From contig CAWJYV010000001.1 in assembly GCA_963847185.1 (NCBI GenBank), positions 32,001 to 96,000 of the forward strand: 64,000 bases of DNA, given 5' to 3'. How positions within the stretch are numbered: the first letter of the stretch is position 1; each line of letters begins with the position of its first letter. The position numbers and the translations under genes were made by a program. Of this stretch, positions 42,257-53,902 are shown piece by piece. The DNA is from an uncultured Methanosarcinaceae archaeon (GTDB lineage Archaea > Halobacteriota > Methanosarcinia > Methanosarcinales > Methanosarcinaceae). The notes beneath the pieces were generated by a model. That model was not told where the DNA came from, made no database searches, and was given only the letters and a program-made list of their open reading frames with translations.

Positions 42257-42601
42257 TTAAAGCAGGATAACGCATTCCGAGTTTTCCATAGCTTTGAAAA
42301 AATCTTCCTCATCTGTCAGTTCTAGAGTTTCGATGAGGATTTCCCCAAAAAGGCCTCTCTCAACAAGTGAAGGTTCATGCACAAGCACTTTTAACTCTCC
42401 ATATGCATAAAGAATATCCGCAAGGTTTGGTACTCCAAGTTTTCTGCTATCCTGGCCTGCAATTGCCAGATAAACTCCATCTCCATAAAGGCCAAGAATG
42501 GTATCCATCCTACTAAGACTTACGACAGCTGCATTTAATGCTCCAAAAGCTTTTTCACTGCCATATGGAGCTGTATCCAGCAGATAAAAAACTGATTTCA
42601 C
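42257..42601 (-). CDS. DsrF/TusC-like protein
   Basis: TAPYGSE, GDGVY and SLVERG motifs. Confidence 0.8.
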   Translation of the reverse strand: MKSVFYLLDTAPYGSEKAFGALNAAVVSLSRMDTILGLYGDGVYLAIAGQDSRKLGVPNLADILYAYGELKVLVHEPSLVERGLFGEILIETLELTDEEDFFKAMENSECVILL

Positions 42602-42625
42602 CGTTTAGACCTCATTTCTTTTGGT

Positions 42626-43021
42626 TTATCTTGACAATGAAATTACTTTATCACTCTTACTCAGCATTTCCGATAGCTCATAAAGGCTGGTAATTTTTAT
42701 TCCAGGAAAATAATCACTGCAGTTACTTCCTTCTATAATCTCTTCCCCTGGAAAGTACCCTCTTGCACCAGCACATCTTGCACATGCTCGAATTACAACT
42801 CCTTTTTCCGCAAGTTCGGAAAATAGTTGCCCTGCATTGGTAAAGAATGATGGATTCTGGCCTTTTTTGGGAATATGTACTGCATCCAAGTAAAGGAATA
42901 TGTTTACCTTATGTTGTTTGAGTGCAGCCTCAGCGAGTTTGTAAGCAATTTCAGCGTATTCGGAAATGTAAGGTCCATCAGTGAGCACTATTGTTAGCGT
43001 CTTCATAAATCCTCCAATCAA
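42626..43021 (-). CDS. DsrE/TusD-like sulfurtransferase
   Basis: DGPY, FLYLDAV and CARCAGARG motifs. Confidence 0.85.
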   Translation of the reverse strand: MIGGFMKTLTIVLTDGPYISEYAEIAYKLAEAALKQHKVNIFLYLDAVHIPKKGQNPSFFTNAGQLFSELAEKGVVIRACARCAGARGYFPGEEIIEGSNCSDYFPGIKITSLYELSEMLSKSDKVISLSR

Positions 43022-43044
43022 AAGATACAGATAGTGATCGTAAC

Positions 43045-43871
43045 TCAGATATAGGCAGCCAAAAATTGCAAACGCTCCTGATTGATTGCATATTCTGGTT
43101 CTTTAAGGGGTGTACACCTGTCCAGAGAAGCCTGTCTGGCCATAAATTTTATAGCAAAGCTGTAACAACCCTGTTCACCGCATTTTCCACAATTGGTTTG
43201 GGGCAGGTGCTTATATATCTCTATTAGATCAACCTTTATCTTTTCTCTGGGAGCTGGAGCTTCCCCTTTTGCAATAGCCTCATTGATAATACTCTTCAGT
43301 CTTTCAAGCTCTTCTTTAGCTTCATTCTCATTTTCGACCATTCTGATGGAGACTTTCCCACTACCGTAAATAGTTGTGATGATTTCTCCTTTTTGAATTA
43401 TCAAGCTATCTTTTCTATCTGAGTAGTTACTTCTTGGAAAGAGGGGCTCCAGGAGTTTCAGGACTACACCCAAAGGTGGAGTCATATTTGCACTCACCCT
43501 GAATTTTGAGGAATCAGCTATACAGGGCAAAACCTGCCTGATCCTTGCAATCTCTATTGGTTTTGCCTGAGAAAAGTCTACAGTTTTTTCTTCACTTTTT
43601 TCGGTTTTATTCTTAAGGAAATTCTTGCCATATTCGCTTAGCTTTACGTTTCTTCTTCTAATTCAATCAGACTTGCCTGCTGCAAAATCTTGAGATGAAA
43701 ATCAAGCGTTGCTTTCCCGACTATTTCTTCTATTTCCCAGGTACTTCTATAGCCGTCTGCCAGGAAGTTAATTATTTTCCTTCGAGTACCATTGGCCATA
43801 GCAAAGTTTACCAGCTTTGTCTCTTTTGGATTCTCCGTCATTTTTAACACCTGGAAAGCTATTTCTGCCAT
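43045..43871 (-). pseudogene. ArsR-like HTH + Fe-S-binding protein, 1-nt frameshift near 43648
   Basis: Both halves align with the intact paralog at 44134-44940; LPQTNCGKCG..C..C motif. Confidence 0.8.
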
Positions 43872-44133
43872 GAACCTCTTATGGCAGTATGCTGATTACA
43901 ACTCATTTTTCCGCAACCTCGCTGAAGAAAGCCTATGAAAATAAAAAAGAAAATATATGATCTTGATATTATTATGTCTGGATGTCATATATTCAAATAA
44001 TATCGTTTAAGTGCTTCTTTAGCGAGTTTACAGCCTAGTTTAACCTGTTAGAATCTATGATGAAGGAGCTGTCAGTAAAAAATATAGTCAAATTTTTTAA
44101 AGCTCTCCGGTTAAATGAATTTCATAAAACGGT

Positions 44134-44940
44134 TCAGATATATGCACACAGAACCTGCAGTTGCTCTAAATTGGTTGTATATTCCGGTTCTTTGAGAGAT
44201 GTGCATTTATCCAAAGTGACCTCTCCTCCCATGAGTTTTATAGCAAATGTATAGCAGCTCTGCTCACCGCACTTGCCACAGTTGGTCTGAGGAAGGTATT
44301 TGTAGATTTCCATAGGTTCGACCCTGACTTTTTCACGTGGGGCTGGGACAACTCCTTTTGCTATGGCTTCATTGATGGTATTCTTCAAGTTCTGGAGAGA
44401 TTCCTTGGCTTCACCTTCACTTTTTATCATTGTCATGGTTACTTTACCAGTACCATAAATAGTTGTAATAATATCTCCTTTTTGAATAATCAGGGCGCCT
44501 ATTTTGTCCGAATATTTGCCTCTGGGAAAGAGTGGCTCAAGCACCTTGAGGGTTCCACCCAGGGGAGGAGCTATGTTTGCAATTACTCTGAATTTTGAGG
44601 AATCAGCTATACAGGGCAATAGCTGCTTTACTTCAGTAATTTCTATTGGTTTTGCCTGAGAGAGATCTGCAGTTTTATCTGTACTTTTATCTTCTTTCTC
44701 TTTAAGGAAATTCTTACCATATTCGCTTAATTTCACAGTCCCTTCTTCAATCTCTATCAGACTTGCCTGTTGAAGAAGCTTGAGATGGAAATCAAGCATA
44801 GTCTTCCCTACTTCCCCTCCAATTTCTTCGGTACTTTTATCTCCTGTCGATAAAAAGTTCATTATCTTTCTTCGAGTAGCGTTGGACATAGCGTTGTTTA
44901 CAAGCTTTATCTCATTTGGATTTCCAGGCATCTTTAACAC
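44134..44940 (-). CDS. HTH + putative Fe-S cluster domain protein
   Basis: N-terminal TRRKI..LDFHL wHTH; C-terminal LPQTNCGKCGEQSC..C. Confidence 0.85.
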   Translation of the reverse strand: MLKMPGNPNEIKLVNNAMSNATRRKIMNFLSTGDKSTEEIGGEVGKTMLDFHLKLLQQASLIEIEEGTVKLSEYGKNFLKEKEDKSTDKTADLSQAKPIEITEVKQLLPCIADSSKFRVIANIAPPLGGTLKVLEPLFPRGKYSDKIGALIIQKGDIITTIYGTGKVTMTMIKSEGEAKESLQNLKNTINEAIAKGVVPAPREKVRVEPMEIYKYLPQTNCGKCGEQSCYTFAIKLMGGEVTLDKCTSLKEPEYTTNLEQLQVLCAYI

Positions 44941-45344
44941 CTACAAGAATTACAAAATTTTAACTAATTCCTTAAATTATAATATCGAGAATTCTTCTTT
45001 TAAAAAAATGATTTGATTCTTTTTATTTATATGGATTCAATTCATAAATATTCACAAGCCAGATATCAAAAAAGATTGATATGAAATAAGAGGATAATTT
45101 CTCATTGTTCTTTTACAAATAAGCTATTCGATCATTATCTTGAAAATGATCAAGAGTGTCAACAGGCCTCGTAAAGAATAGTAGTTGAAAAAAAGCCTAA
45201 GTATGGATACTTTTTCTATTAAAAGACACTTTTTCACGAAATCCTATTTCTTCTAATTCCCCCAGAGCCTCTATACTCAACTAAAAAAAGCTTTCTTACC
45301 TATGTTATTATGAGTAGATCAGGCTTTACGGAGTATTCAACCGC

Positions 45345-45760
45345 GCCAGCCTTCCACATCTACCAGAAACCTCTCCGATGACTCAGATCTGGGAATCGGT
45401 AAACATAATCAGAAGGCTATAAAAGAAGTGCTGATATAGAGTATTTACTCTTTTTAATTGCTTTGTGGAATCTTCTGGGATATATTGGTCCCATCTGGCT
45501 ACAAGCGATAGCCCTGACCATTGTACGTGGTTTCTAGGCATATGTGCGTGGAAATGAGGGTAGACGTACCGCGCCAGCCTTCCACAATTATCCCAGAAGC
45601 TTAAATAGCACTTTATTGGCATTAAAATCCCTGTAATTACAGGGCTTCCCGGAAGCAGGGAGATATAAATGCCTAGGAAGGGGCTAAACGAGGTTTGTAC
45701 GTGGGTAGAATTACTCCCAGGTATATGCACGTAGAAGGCTCGGGATAGGCCTGTAAAAAA
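45345..45760 (+). repeat. Dispersed ~190-bp repeat (degenerate palindrome at 45375) followed by a related type-B unit
   Basis: Homologous to 7563-7760 and 57113-57490. Confidence 0.8.
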
Positions 45761-45974
45761 TTAAATTGTCGGACAGCCTGTAAAAGACAGGGTACTCGTG
45801 ACCACACGGACTCCCGAAGTAATAAATGATTGATCAAGTTCAAAACACATTTTCAAATACTAGATGCCGTTAAATTCCTCTGTTATCAAAAATTATGTAG
45901 AAAAAGTCTTTTAATATTTTTTAGTGATCCATAGGACTTAGTCCCATTTTATGTAATTTAGTTCAGTACTTAGT

Positions 45975-46223
45975 AAGTTACTACTCATTTAAGTCATTAC
46001 TTAGTTAAATTACTTTAATCAAGTTACTACTCATTTAAGTCATTACTCAGTTAAATTACTTTAATCAAGTTACTACTCATTTAAGTCATTACTCAGTTAA
46101 ATTACTTTAATCAAGTTACTACTCATTTAAGTCATTACTTAGTTAAATTACTTTAATCAAGTTACTACTCATTTAAGTCATTACTCAGTTAAATTATTTT
46201 AATCAAGTTACTACTTAGTTGAG
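45975..46223. repeat. Tandem array of 46-bp units (5 full + 1 partial) bracketed by an inverted repeat
   Basis: AAGTTACTACTCATTTAAGTCATTACTYAGTTAAATTAYTTTAATC at 45975, 46021, 46067, 46113 and 46159; inverted repeat at about 45925-45946 / 46258-46279. Confidence 0.92.
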
Positions 46224-46741
46224 TTACATCCCTCCTTTGTACGTCTTCTTCATACATTGGGGACTGAACCTATGGATCAATTATATAACTGTGATAAAAG
46301 GTATAAGTAGATAACGATGGGAAAAGGTAAATTGCTTCTTTCACAAGAGAAAAATCGACTCTAAAATCAAAAAATTTCAGGTCGGTAATTTATAAGATGC
46401 ATATTAGGATTACAGCCCCAAAATGGATTAATCAACTTTTTCTGGGAGTACCCCATATGAACATTTAAAGTTGACTCCTAACTAATTCATATCCTTTTAT
46501 AGCACTTTTTGCATTAAATATCTACTTACGGGCTTCTTGGAAGCAGGGAGATATAGATTGCCTATGAAGTGCATACGATGACTATACGCCTTTAGCGTGG
46601 TTACTGGATATACGCACAAGAAGGCTCTGGATAGTGCAAAAATAGATATGCTTGTTAGCTTCGTATATAAACCAGCTTCAATAATAGTGGCTTGTCCAGT
46701 TTATACTGGCTGGACAGGTTCGAAGGTTATTCAATTAATTG

Positions 46742-49168
46742 TTATGGGGCTGACGCCGATGCCGGATTATTTTTTTCTGTTACTGTGAACCTTATAGTGA
46801 ATTCCGTCCCATGATTCCTTTTCAGTTCAAGTTCACCATCTAACTGGTCTACAAGGGAAGTTACCAGCTGAAGCCCAAGGCTATCAAGATCTTCAATATC
46901 AAGACTTTTAGATATACCTATTCCATCATCTGAAACTGTAAGAATGAAACTGGTACTCTTACAGCCTTCGCTTTTGTTTTCTTCGTTTTCTTTTCTATGG
47001 AGTTTGATTCGGATTTCTCCTTTATCTCTGCCTGAAAATGCATGTTTAAGAGAATTTGAAACGAGTTCGTTAATGATTATGCCTAATGGAACTGCAGTGT
47101 CCATGTCAAAGAAGATGTTTTCTTCCAGATCCATGTTTAATCTGACATTGGTATTTCCGAGCCTATATGTCTGGAAAAGATTTTCAGCGAGTTCCTCAAT
47201 GTACGGCGAAAAGTTAAGTGTGTCGAGTCCTTCACTTTTGTGCAGTTCCTCATGGATAAGAGCCATGGATATCACTCTGTCCTGGCTTTCCCTAAAAGCT
47301 TCCATAACTTCTGAATTTATTATGAATTCTCTGTTGCCGAACTTTTCCGCCTGAAGGTCAAGAAGGGACGAGATAACCTGTAAGTTATTCTTGATCCGAT
47401 GGTGGATTTCCTTTTTACGGGCAATCTCGAGATTTGCCAGGGCTTCCTCCGCCTTGATACGCTCAGTAACATCTCTTACAACACCTGAGATAGCCACAAG
47501 CTTTCCAGTGATGTCAAATACAGGAGAAAGAGTAATTGAAACATTTATTATAGTGCCATCCTTTCTTAACCGTAAAGTCTCATATTGGTGGACTTTTTCT
47601 CCTTGTATAACTATTTCAGTTAATTTTTTTGTTTCTTCACGTAGATAAGATGGAGCTAGGATGGATACGCTCTTTCCAATGACTTCCTGTGCTGAATAAT
47701 CATAAACCTGCTCTGCAGCCTTGTTCCAGCTTGTAATAATACCGTCAAGAGACACAGTTATAATAGCATCACTCGACGATTCAACAGCATTCGCCAGTGT
47801 CTGAATTTTCTCTTCTGCTTTCTTATGCTCAGTAATATCCTGAATTATTCCCTTTAGTCGAATAGGAATATTTTCATCATTAAAAATAGTTTCAGATTGT
47901 ATATGGACTATACGTTCTTCCCCATTAGCCAAGATAATCCGATGATCAATGCTGAAAGGTTTTCCATTTAGAGCTTTCTTATGGGCATTATCCGCATAGT
48001 CTCTATCATCGGGGTGTACAGAACTTAAATATTCATTGTAAGGTGGTGCAAATTCTTGAGGACTACGTCCAAAAATACGATATAATTCATCAGACCAGTA
48101 TGCTTTATCATTTGCAATATCCCACTCCCAATTTCCAATATGAGCCATTTTTTGAGCCTCAGCAAGACCTTGCTCACTTTCCTTCAATGAGTTGTAAGCT
48201 TTCTCAAGCTGGGTTGTTCGTCCTTTAACTTTTTCTTCTAAATTGTCATATGCTTTTTTAAGGGCTTCCTCAGCCTGCCTCTGCTCGGTGATATCTATTT
48301 GCACGCCGTTCCAGATTGTTCGACCATCGGGCATCTGGCGCGGACGGGAGTGCAATCGCATCCAGCGTATCTGGCCGTTGGGCAGCTGCATAGGTAATTC
48401 CATATCAAGATCCGACAACTCGCGGGCGCTCTGAGCCTCGGCTTCGACAAGTCGTTCAAAATATGTCTGCGGAACTTGCCTGTACAGCGTGTCGGGATCA
48501 CGTAGTACGTCCTGAACACTGACACCGTTGAGTCGCTCGATGCCTGTGCTGATGTACAGGAACCGGACACTGCCGTCGGGCTCATAGACATACTGATAGA
48601 GTGCACTGTCCGGTAGGTTGTCGCCCAAAAGGCGCAGCCGTTCCTCACTATCTCGTAGAGCTTCTTCCGCCTGCTTGTACTTTGTCGTTTCACGCGATGA
48701 GAAGACTAAGCCAGTTACATTTCCAGAGCTATCCTTGACTGGAGTAAGGCTCCAGTCCCAATAGGTGACTCCTCTCTCAGGCTGATCAGCGAAGAAAAAA
48801 GGTTTGTCCTTGTAGAACACCCCTTCTCCAGTATCCCTGACTTTCCGGAAAATTGCTTCGTTCTCAGCATGAGGATATAAAGAGAAATGATTCTTGCCTG
48901 CCATTTCTTCAGGCTTCATCCTGCATGTTTCAGCGTAGGCAAGATTTACCCATAAAAAGTTGAACTGAGGATCAAGATAGGCAAACATAACGTCAGTAGT
49001 TTTCATGACGTTTTCAAGCAAGCTCCGCTCGCGGATAAGTGTCTCATCAGCACGTTTACATTCCAGATTCTCGGCACGCAAGTCTCGATTAGCCTTTTCC
49101 AATCCACCGATCCTTTTTCGCAACTGGATCTCTATTTCATCCTTATCCGAAGAGTTAAATAAAGTCAT
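46742..49168 (-). CDS. Multi-PAS sensor histidine kinase (HisKA_2 type)
   Basis: PAS repeats, EIHHRIKNNLQ, NELVSNS and DDGIG; start inferred from the shared TTGGGGAATTATG context. Confidence 0.95.
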   Translation of the reverse strand: MTLFNSSDKDEIEIQLRKRIGGLEKANRDLRAENLECKRADETLIRERSLLENVMKTTDVMFAYLDPQFNFLWVNLAYAETCRMKPEEMAGKNHFSLYPHAENEAIFRKVRDTGEGVFYKDKPFFFADQPERGVTYWDWSLTPVKDSSGNVTGLVFSSRETTKYKQAEEALRDSEERLRLLGDNLPDSALYQYVYEPDGSVRFLYISTGIERLNGVSVQDVLRDPDTLYRQVPQTYFERLVEAEAQSARELSDLDMELPMQLPNGQIRWMRLHSRPRQMPDGRTIWNGVQIDITEQRQAEEALKKAYDNLEEKVKGRTTQLEKAYNSLKESEQGLAEAQKMAHIGNWEWDIANDKAYWSDELYRIFGRSPQEFAPPYNEYLSSVHPDDRDYADNAHKKALNGKPFSIDHRIILANGEERIVHIQSETIFNDENIPIRLKGIIQDITEHKKAEEKIQTLANAVESSSDAIITVSLDGIITSWNKAAEQVYDYSAQEVIGKSVSILAPSYLREETKKLTEIVIQGEKVHQYETLRLRKDGTIINVSITLSPVFDITGKLVAISGVVRDVTERIKAEEALANLEIARKKEIHHRIKNNLQVISSLLDLQAEKFGNREFIINSEVMEAFRESQDRVISMALIHEELHKSEGLDTLNFSPYIEELAENLFQTYRLGNTNVRLNMDLEENIFFDMDTAVPLGIIINELVSNSLKHAFSGRDKGEIRIKLHRKENEENKSEGCKSTSFILTVSDDGIGISKSLDIEDLDSLGLQLVTSLVDQLDGELELKRNHGTEFTIRFTVTEKNNPASASAP

Positions 49169-49473
49169 AATTCCCCAACGCTGTTTTAAAACAGGCACTA
49201 ATACTTTGTTAGACCCTCTTTTATTAGATACTATTAGTCTAATAGAATTTGACCTTAATATAATACTAAGCAGATCCCTAACAATGTCTTACTACAAATT
49301 AATTCTTCATTCAATATTCATAAAATTGTTCTATAATAAGATAGTACATACTAAGAAGCCATCTGGAAACTATTTCGAACTCTCCCTGAGCCTCTACACT
49401 CAATTAAAATAGCTACCATACTTCTTTTATCCTGAAAACTAGTACAGGCTTCGCAGATAAACCGACTGCACTA

Positions 49474-49685
49474 CCCTTCCAAATATCCCAGAAACCTCTC
49501 CGATAACTCAGATCTGAGTTATCGAGGAAACATAGTCGGAAGGCTATACAAAAGTGCTGATATAGAGTAATTATTTTACTCGTTTTTAATTACATTGTAG
49601 AGCTGTCCGGGATATATTTGTGGTCCATCTAGCTACGAGCGATAGCCCTGGCCTTTGTACGTGGCTTCTAGGTATATGTGCGTGG
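49474..49685 (+). repeat. Dispersed ~190-bp repeat with perfect 24-bp palindrome (49501-49524)
   Basis: CGATAACTCAGATCTGAGTTATCG. Confidence 0.85.
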
Positions 49686-50165
49686 TTAGGTATGTGCGTA
49701 GAAGGGTTATTAATTGCCGTCTTCGTCTCGCAAAAAATGTCTCAAATTTTACGCAAAACAGTTAGTGTCAATAAAATAAAAATAATTTTACATATTTAGG
49801 AGTAGTTGAATAATTTAATGATAGCAAATAATTTAATTGTAAGAAATATTTTAATCCGTATATTATATATAAATTCATAATATATATGCAGAGTAGATGA
49901 TTAAGAGTTAAGGGGTTATCTTTTAATCGTTTGGTTGTATCACGAAATTGGGAGCCAAATAAAAGGTGGCAATCGGCTCCCAATTAAACAAATTTAGTAG
50001 ATTTACTTGCTTGAGAACTTTCCTAGGCAGACAGATAGCCTTTTTGGAGTTCATGTACTTAATTTACTGCACATTTACAGGTTCAAGAGCAGTTCAAGCT
50101 CAAGATTAGGATCAGAATAAATAAGCTGCACAATAGAAAAGTATCAAATGCAGAGAGACAGAATA

Positions 50166-52889
50166 TTAATTCCCTTTTTCTTCTGCGCTGAAGCTTATAA
50201 TAAACTCAGTACCTTTATCTTTTTTTAGCTCTATTTCGCCGTCTAATTGATCTACCAAAATGTTTACAAGCTGCAGACCAAGGGTATCTGAGTCTTCTAA
50301 ATCGATGTTTTCGGGGATGCCAACTCCATTATCTGAAACAATTAAAGTATATTTTTTACCTTTTTCGAAAACTTTCCCTTTGATATCCAGCTCATTTCTA
50401 GCATCTTTGCTAAAGAGTTTAATTTGAATTTCTCCGGTTTCTCTGTTTGGAAATGCATATTTTAAGGAGTTAGAGACTAGCTCATTAACAATTATCCCTA
50501 ACGGGACTGCAGTATCCATATCAAAGAGGACATTCTCCTCAAGGTCCAGATTTAGGCTGATGTCAGTATTTCCAAATTTGTATGTCTGAAATAGACTCTC
50601 AACGAGTCTCTGCAGGTATAGAGAAAAATTCAGGGTGTCGTTTGTTCCTTCCTCTTCATGTAATTCCTCGTGAATCAAGGCAATTGATGTTACTCTGTCC
50701 TGGCTTTCCCTGAAGGCTTCCAGAACTTCTGAATTCATTATGAATTCTCTGTTGCCGAACTTTTCAGCCTGAAGATCTAAGAGAGAAGAAATAACCTGAA
50801 GGTTGTTTTTAATTCTGTGGTGGATTTCCTTTTTGCGAATTATTTCAATGCGCGCCAGATTTTCTTCCGCCTTTTTATGCTCGGTAATATCTTGAACTAT
50901 TCCTCTCATTCGAATAGGCTTATTCTTTTCATCAAAGATGACTCCACCTTGAGAATAGATTACACGCTCTTTTCCATCAGGTAAGATTATTCTATAATCA
51001 ATGCTATACGGCTTTCCTTTTAATGCTTCGTTAATGGCATGACTCACGTAATCTATATCTTCGGGATGTATATAACTTAAAAATATGTTGTGGTTTAACT
51101 CAATTTTGGGATCAAGCTCAAAAATACGATAAACTTCATCAGACCAGTATTCCTCATTAGTTATAATGTTCCAGTCATAACTTCCAATATGAGCCATTTT
51201 TTGAGCTTCAGAAAGACTTTTTTCGCTTTCCTTCAAAGAGTTGTAAGCTTTTTCAAGCTCTGATGTTCGCTCTTCAACTAGTTTTTCTAAATTATCATGT
51301 GCTTTTTTTAGAGCTTTTTCTGCCTTTTCAATTTCTGTAATATCACGGGCTGCAGCAAAGATCCCAAGAACCTTTCCAGACTCATCCTTATAAATTGAGG
51401 CATTATACAAAACAGGAGTTATATGTCCATCTTTATTCTGAATTTCAAGGGGATAGTCCCTTACCAATCCTTCCTGAAATGCGCGCTGGTAACCTTCTTT
51501 AGCTTTCTCAGGCTCAGTAAAATAGTCTGAAAAATCGGTACCTATGAGTTTGTCTCGAGAATAACCTGTCACTGTTTCGGTGGAGTTATTGACATCGGTT
51601 ATTTTTCCATCTGGTCCGATAGTCACAAGCGGGTCCAAACTGGCTTCAATCAAACTGCGATTATATATATTTGATAGCTTCACAGCTTCCTCTGCTTTCT
51701 TACGTTCTGTAATATCTATGAATGCAGAGACCGATCCTCGTAGATTTCCCTGCTCGTCATGTAAGGGTCTGGCATTGCCCAATACATGTCGTATATTGCC
51801 GTCAGCAGATACAATGTCTAGCTCGCAGTCATTTACCTCTCTACCTGCAGCTGCTATCTGCGACGGCATTTTTTCAGGCTTGATCTCCCTCCCGTCCTTG
51901 AATAACTTAAAAAACTCTGGTTTCTCTCCTTCAGGAGTTGACTTGGAAAAGTTTGTATCCACAGGAACACGTAGCCATTCATAGGAGATACGGTTACCAT
52001 TTATCTTAAGTGCCTGGGGATCGTGCGCTATAAACACAGCAACAGGCACAGCATCTAATACTGCTCCCAACTCCTCCGACCGAGCTCTCTCACGCCTTTC
52101 ACTATCCTGCAGTGTTTCTAAAAGGGCATTGCGGTCCACCAGTGACTGGGAAAGCTTGATATTGCTGTGGCTTAGCTGTGAGATCATATTTGCAAGTTTC
52201 ATGAAAAAAGACATGCTTGTTTCAACAGTTTCTCTGCTCAACCTTGGAACTTTTTCGAGCGCTGCTATGTATTCCTCTTCATTAAAGCCGTATTTTTTCG
52301 CCTGGGATCGGAAGAATTCATAGTCCAGAAACTCGTCGTCAAAAAAGAACTGTCCTGAGAAGATATTGCCGACATGTTGACTACCAGAGAAAACTGGAGT
52401 TACTACATCCCACATATTGTTCTTGCACTTGTATAACTTAAACTCTCCCAGAGGAACTCCTGCGGACAGCTTTGTATCGCTTTCTATGCAGTGCTTGCAG
52501 GTTCCGGGATGAAACCTATGGAACTTGGTGCAGATATCCTGCCATCCAACACCTATCAGAACATTGCCTTTGAGATCAAGTAAGGCCATGGTAATGTGAG
52601 CAAATTTATAAAAGTCATCCATGATGGACTGAACTGCCTGAACATCAATAATCTCTGCTAGCTCAAAGTTTTCTGCATTCATAGAATGTGAGAGGTGAGT
52701 TTCTAACTTCATCCCGAAAGATTGCTCATTCTGGCCCGATGCATCCTCAGCCCTTTTGCGTTTGGTGATATTCTGGTTCATTGCCATATTCTCGGCACGT
52801 AACTCTTTATTGGCTTTTTCCAGTTCAGCGATCCGTTTTTTCATTTGGATCTCCAGTTCATCCCTGCTCGGAAGGTTAGATGCAGTCAT
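50166..52889 (-). CDS. PocR + multi-PAS sensor histidine kinase
   Basis: GWQDICTKFHR..C..C and YKCKNNMWD (PocR-like); PAS domains; HisKA_2 boxes. Confidence 0.93.
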   Translation of the reverse strand: MTASNLPSRDELEIQMKKRIAELEKANKELRAENMAMNQNITKRKRAEDASGQNEQSFGMKLETHLSHSMNAENFELAEIIDVQAVQSIMDDFYKFAHITMALLDLKGNVLIGVGWQDICTKFHRFHPGTCKHCIESDTKLSAGVPLGEFKLYKCKNNMWDVVTPVFSGSQHVGNIFSGQFFFDDEFLDYEFFRSQAKKYGFNEEEYIAALEKVPRLSRETVETSMSFFMKLANMISQLSHSNIKLSQSLVDRNALLETLQDSERRERARSEELGAVLDAVPVAVFIAHDPQALKINGNRISYEWLRVPVDTNFSKSTPEGEKPEFFKLFKDGREIKPEKMPSQIAAAGREVNDCELDIVSADGNIRHVLGNARPLHDEQGNLRGSVSAFIDITERKKAEEAVKLSNIYNRSLIEASLDPLVTIGPDGKITDVNNSTETVTGYSRDKLIGTDFSDYFTEPEKAKEGYQRAFQEGLVRDYPLEIQNKDGHITPVLYNASIYKDESGKVLGIFAAARDITEIEKAEKALKKAHDNLEKLVEERTSELEKAYNSLKESEKSLSEAQKMAHIGSYDWNIITNEEYWSDEVYRIFELDPKIELNHNIFLSYIHPEDIDYVSHAINEALKGKPYSIDYRIILPDGKERVIYSQGGVIFDEKNKPIRMRGIVQDITEHKKAEENLARIEIIRKKEIHHRIKNNLQVISSLLDLQAEKFGNREFIMNSEVLEAFRESQDRVTSIALIHEELHEEEGTNDTLNFSLYLQRLVESLFQTYKFGNTDISLNLDLEENVLFDMDTAVPLGIIVNELVSNSLKYAFPNRETGEIQIKLFSKDARNELDIKGKVFEKGKKYTLIVSDNGVGIPENIDLEDSDTLGLQLVNILVDQLDGEIELKKDKGTEFIISFSAEEKGN

Positions 52890-53480
52890 AATTCCCCAAT
52901 CCTACTTTTGAAAAGTAGGGCATTAATAATTATATTAAATCTCGTTTGTCTGAGCCTTTTTTCTAAAGGATTAGCGTAAATACGATCCTAGATAAATCAT
53001 AATTCCTAGCAATTATTACTTCTCCATCCAATCTTATTTATAAAATTACAATATATTTATTTTTAAACTTTTAGTATGAAAGTTATTTGAGAGAAGTTGT
53101 ATTTTATCTATCACAGATAAAAAGATCTAAAAAATTCAGAAAAGATCTAAAAAATTCAGATAGAAACTTATTTTTTGGCAAAAGAGGTGTTGAAAATTCC
53201 ACGTAGGAATCTCAATCATTAGGTATTTCTACAACTAAGCTAGCAAAATACCTTAATTATGTTTAAAAGACAATTTTTGCTTCTTAGATTGCGCAAGCCT
53301 CTTCACCCTCACCCCAACATCTAAAAATAATTCAAAAATCCAACAGATTAGTTAATCAATTATTTTAAGTAGTATCCTCTTTCAATCCATCTTTTTTCAG
53401 TCAAACACTCGAATCAGGTTAGTGCATAAGAGCTGCATCTTTAACATAACCTTTGAAACGTATAGGTTACTACAGAGATA

Positions 53481-53675
53481 CCCTTCCATAATTATCCCAG
53501 AAACCTCTCCGTTAACTCAGATCTGAGTTATCGGTAAACATAGTCAGAAGGCTTTAAAGAAATGCTGACATAGAGTATTCATTTTACTCGTTTTAATTAC
53601 GTGGAGTCTTCAGGTATTGAATCCATTTGGCTGCGAGTGATAGCCTTGGACATTGTACGTGGTTTTTAGGGATGT
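53481..53675 (+). repeat. Dispersed ~190-bp repeat (palindrome at 53509-53534)
   Basis: CCGTTAACTCAGATCTGAGTTATCGG. Confidence 0.85.
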
Positions 53676-53902
53676 ATGCATTGTTAGATGTGAAAAGTTA
53701 CAAAGAAGCTATGCTTGATTCTTAGCCTAGTGCTTCGATTCCAAAATAAATTCCTTATTTAATAGGAAATTCGTGATTAATGGGTAGATTCAAAAGTCAG
53801 GTTTTATGAACATACTTCGGAATCGCAGTACTAGTATATGCGCCAGCTTCAATAATACTGCTTCTGTGCCCGTTAAGTTGGCTGAAAAGTTTTTAAGCAT
53901 AT

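Noticed and set aside
45383-45730. ORFs within the dispersed repeat (also 7669-8034)
   Set aside because: Repeat copies differ by non-triplet indels, so no frame is conserved.
45975-46223. Possible CRISPR array
   Set aside because: The units are contiguous and near-identical with no unique spacers, and no cas operon is nearby.
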